A stretch of 64,000 nucleotides of DNA from Octopus vulgaris. Lineage: Eukaryota. A model generated the notes under the pieces. The model had not been told where the DNA came from, searched no databases, and was given only the letters and a program-made list of their open reading frames with translations. The stretch is from positions 115,444,001-115,508,000 of the forward strand of contig OX597819.1 in the NCBI GenBank assembly GCA_951406725.2, written 5' to 3'. Positions 63,609 through 64,000 of this stretch are shown here, piece after piece; the first letter of the stretch is position 1, and each line of letters begins with the position of its first letter. The translations under genes and the position numbers were made by a program.

Positions 63609-63954
63609 CATGCTGATATTGCTGCCGCTCCACTCACCCTCACTTTAGACCGTTTGAAACATGTGGATATGTCTTTTCCATTTCTAAGTTCTGGATATAA
63701 AATCGTTATTAAAAAACCAGATTTGACACAAGTGACACGTGGACTTTTCATTGTTTTAAAACCATTCACAACTCCTGTTTGGTGTTTCATCATATTAGCT
63801 TATGTACTGACCGGTAGCTTTCTGGCAATAATCGGTCGAATTAGTCCGTATGAATGGACAAACGCGTCGGACGTGGATGTTGATTCGGAAAAACGTAGCA
63901 GTTTTAATTGTATGAATAGCTTTTGGTTCACCTTCAGTACATTCATGTGGCAAG
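63609..63954 (+). CDS. iGluR-like gene, S1 end + M1 + M2 pore-loop exon (gene continues beyond window)
   Basis: HADIAAAPLTLTLDRLKHVDMSFPF..IVIKKP..PFTTPVW..RISPYEW..NSFWFTFSTFMWQG; cag/gtaagt, phase 0->1. Confidence 0.95.
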
Positions 63955-64000
63955 GTAAGTGATGCTGTGTCACAATGATGGCACTTACCTTTCATTTTTG

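Overview
AT-rich, repeat-dense animal genomic DNA with GT-AG spliceosomal introns. The SINE families, (CAT)n/(AT)n/(TACA)n microsatellites and C2H2-ZNF remnants suggest a cephalopod, probably Octopus (inference). I reconstructed three genes by reading splice sites and phases by hand. (1) WDR74/NSA1, minus strand, 10 coding exons, 32098->11045, 384 aa. (2) MRPS22, plus strand, 8 coding exons, 33471->49195, 355 aa, head-to-head with WDR74 (start codons about 1.37 kb apart). (3) The 5' part of an ionotropic glutamate receptor-like gene (56203->63954, continuing past the window). It appears to splice a signal peptide directly onto the S1 ligand-binding lobe with no amino-terminal domain, and has Trp at the pore Q/R site. 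The rest is mobile DNA: a young 5'-truncated CR1-clade LINE with an open 599-codon RT frame in WDR74 intron 1, RTE- and R4-like LINE remnants, mariner/Tc1 and piggyBac fragments, and several MITE families (two with GG..CC ends and 8-bp TSDs, one carrying TTAGGG repeats). There are also Penelope-like repeats with decayed hammerhead-like cores, many tRNA-derived SINEs and a decayed C2H2 zinc-finger array. Nearly all short ORFs in the supplied track are repeat-derived noise. Family assignments come from recalled motifs, not database searches.
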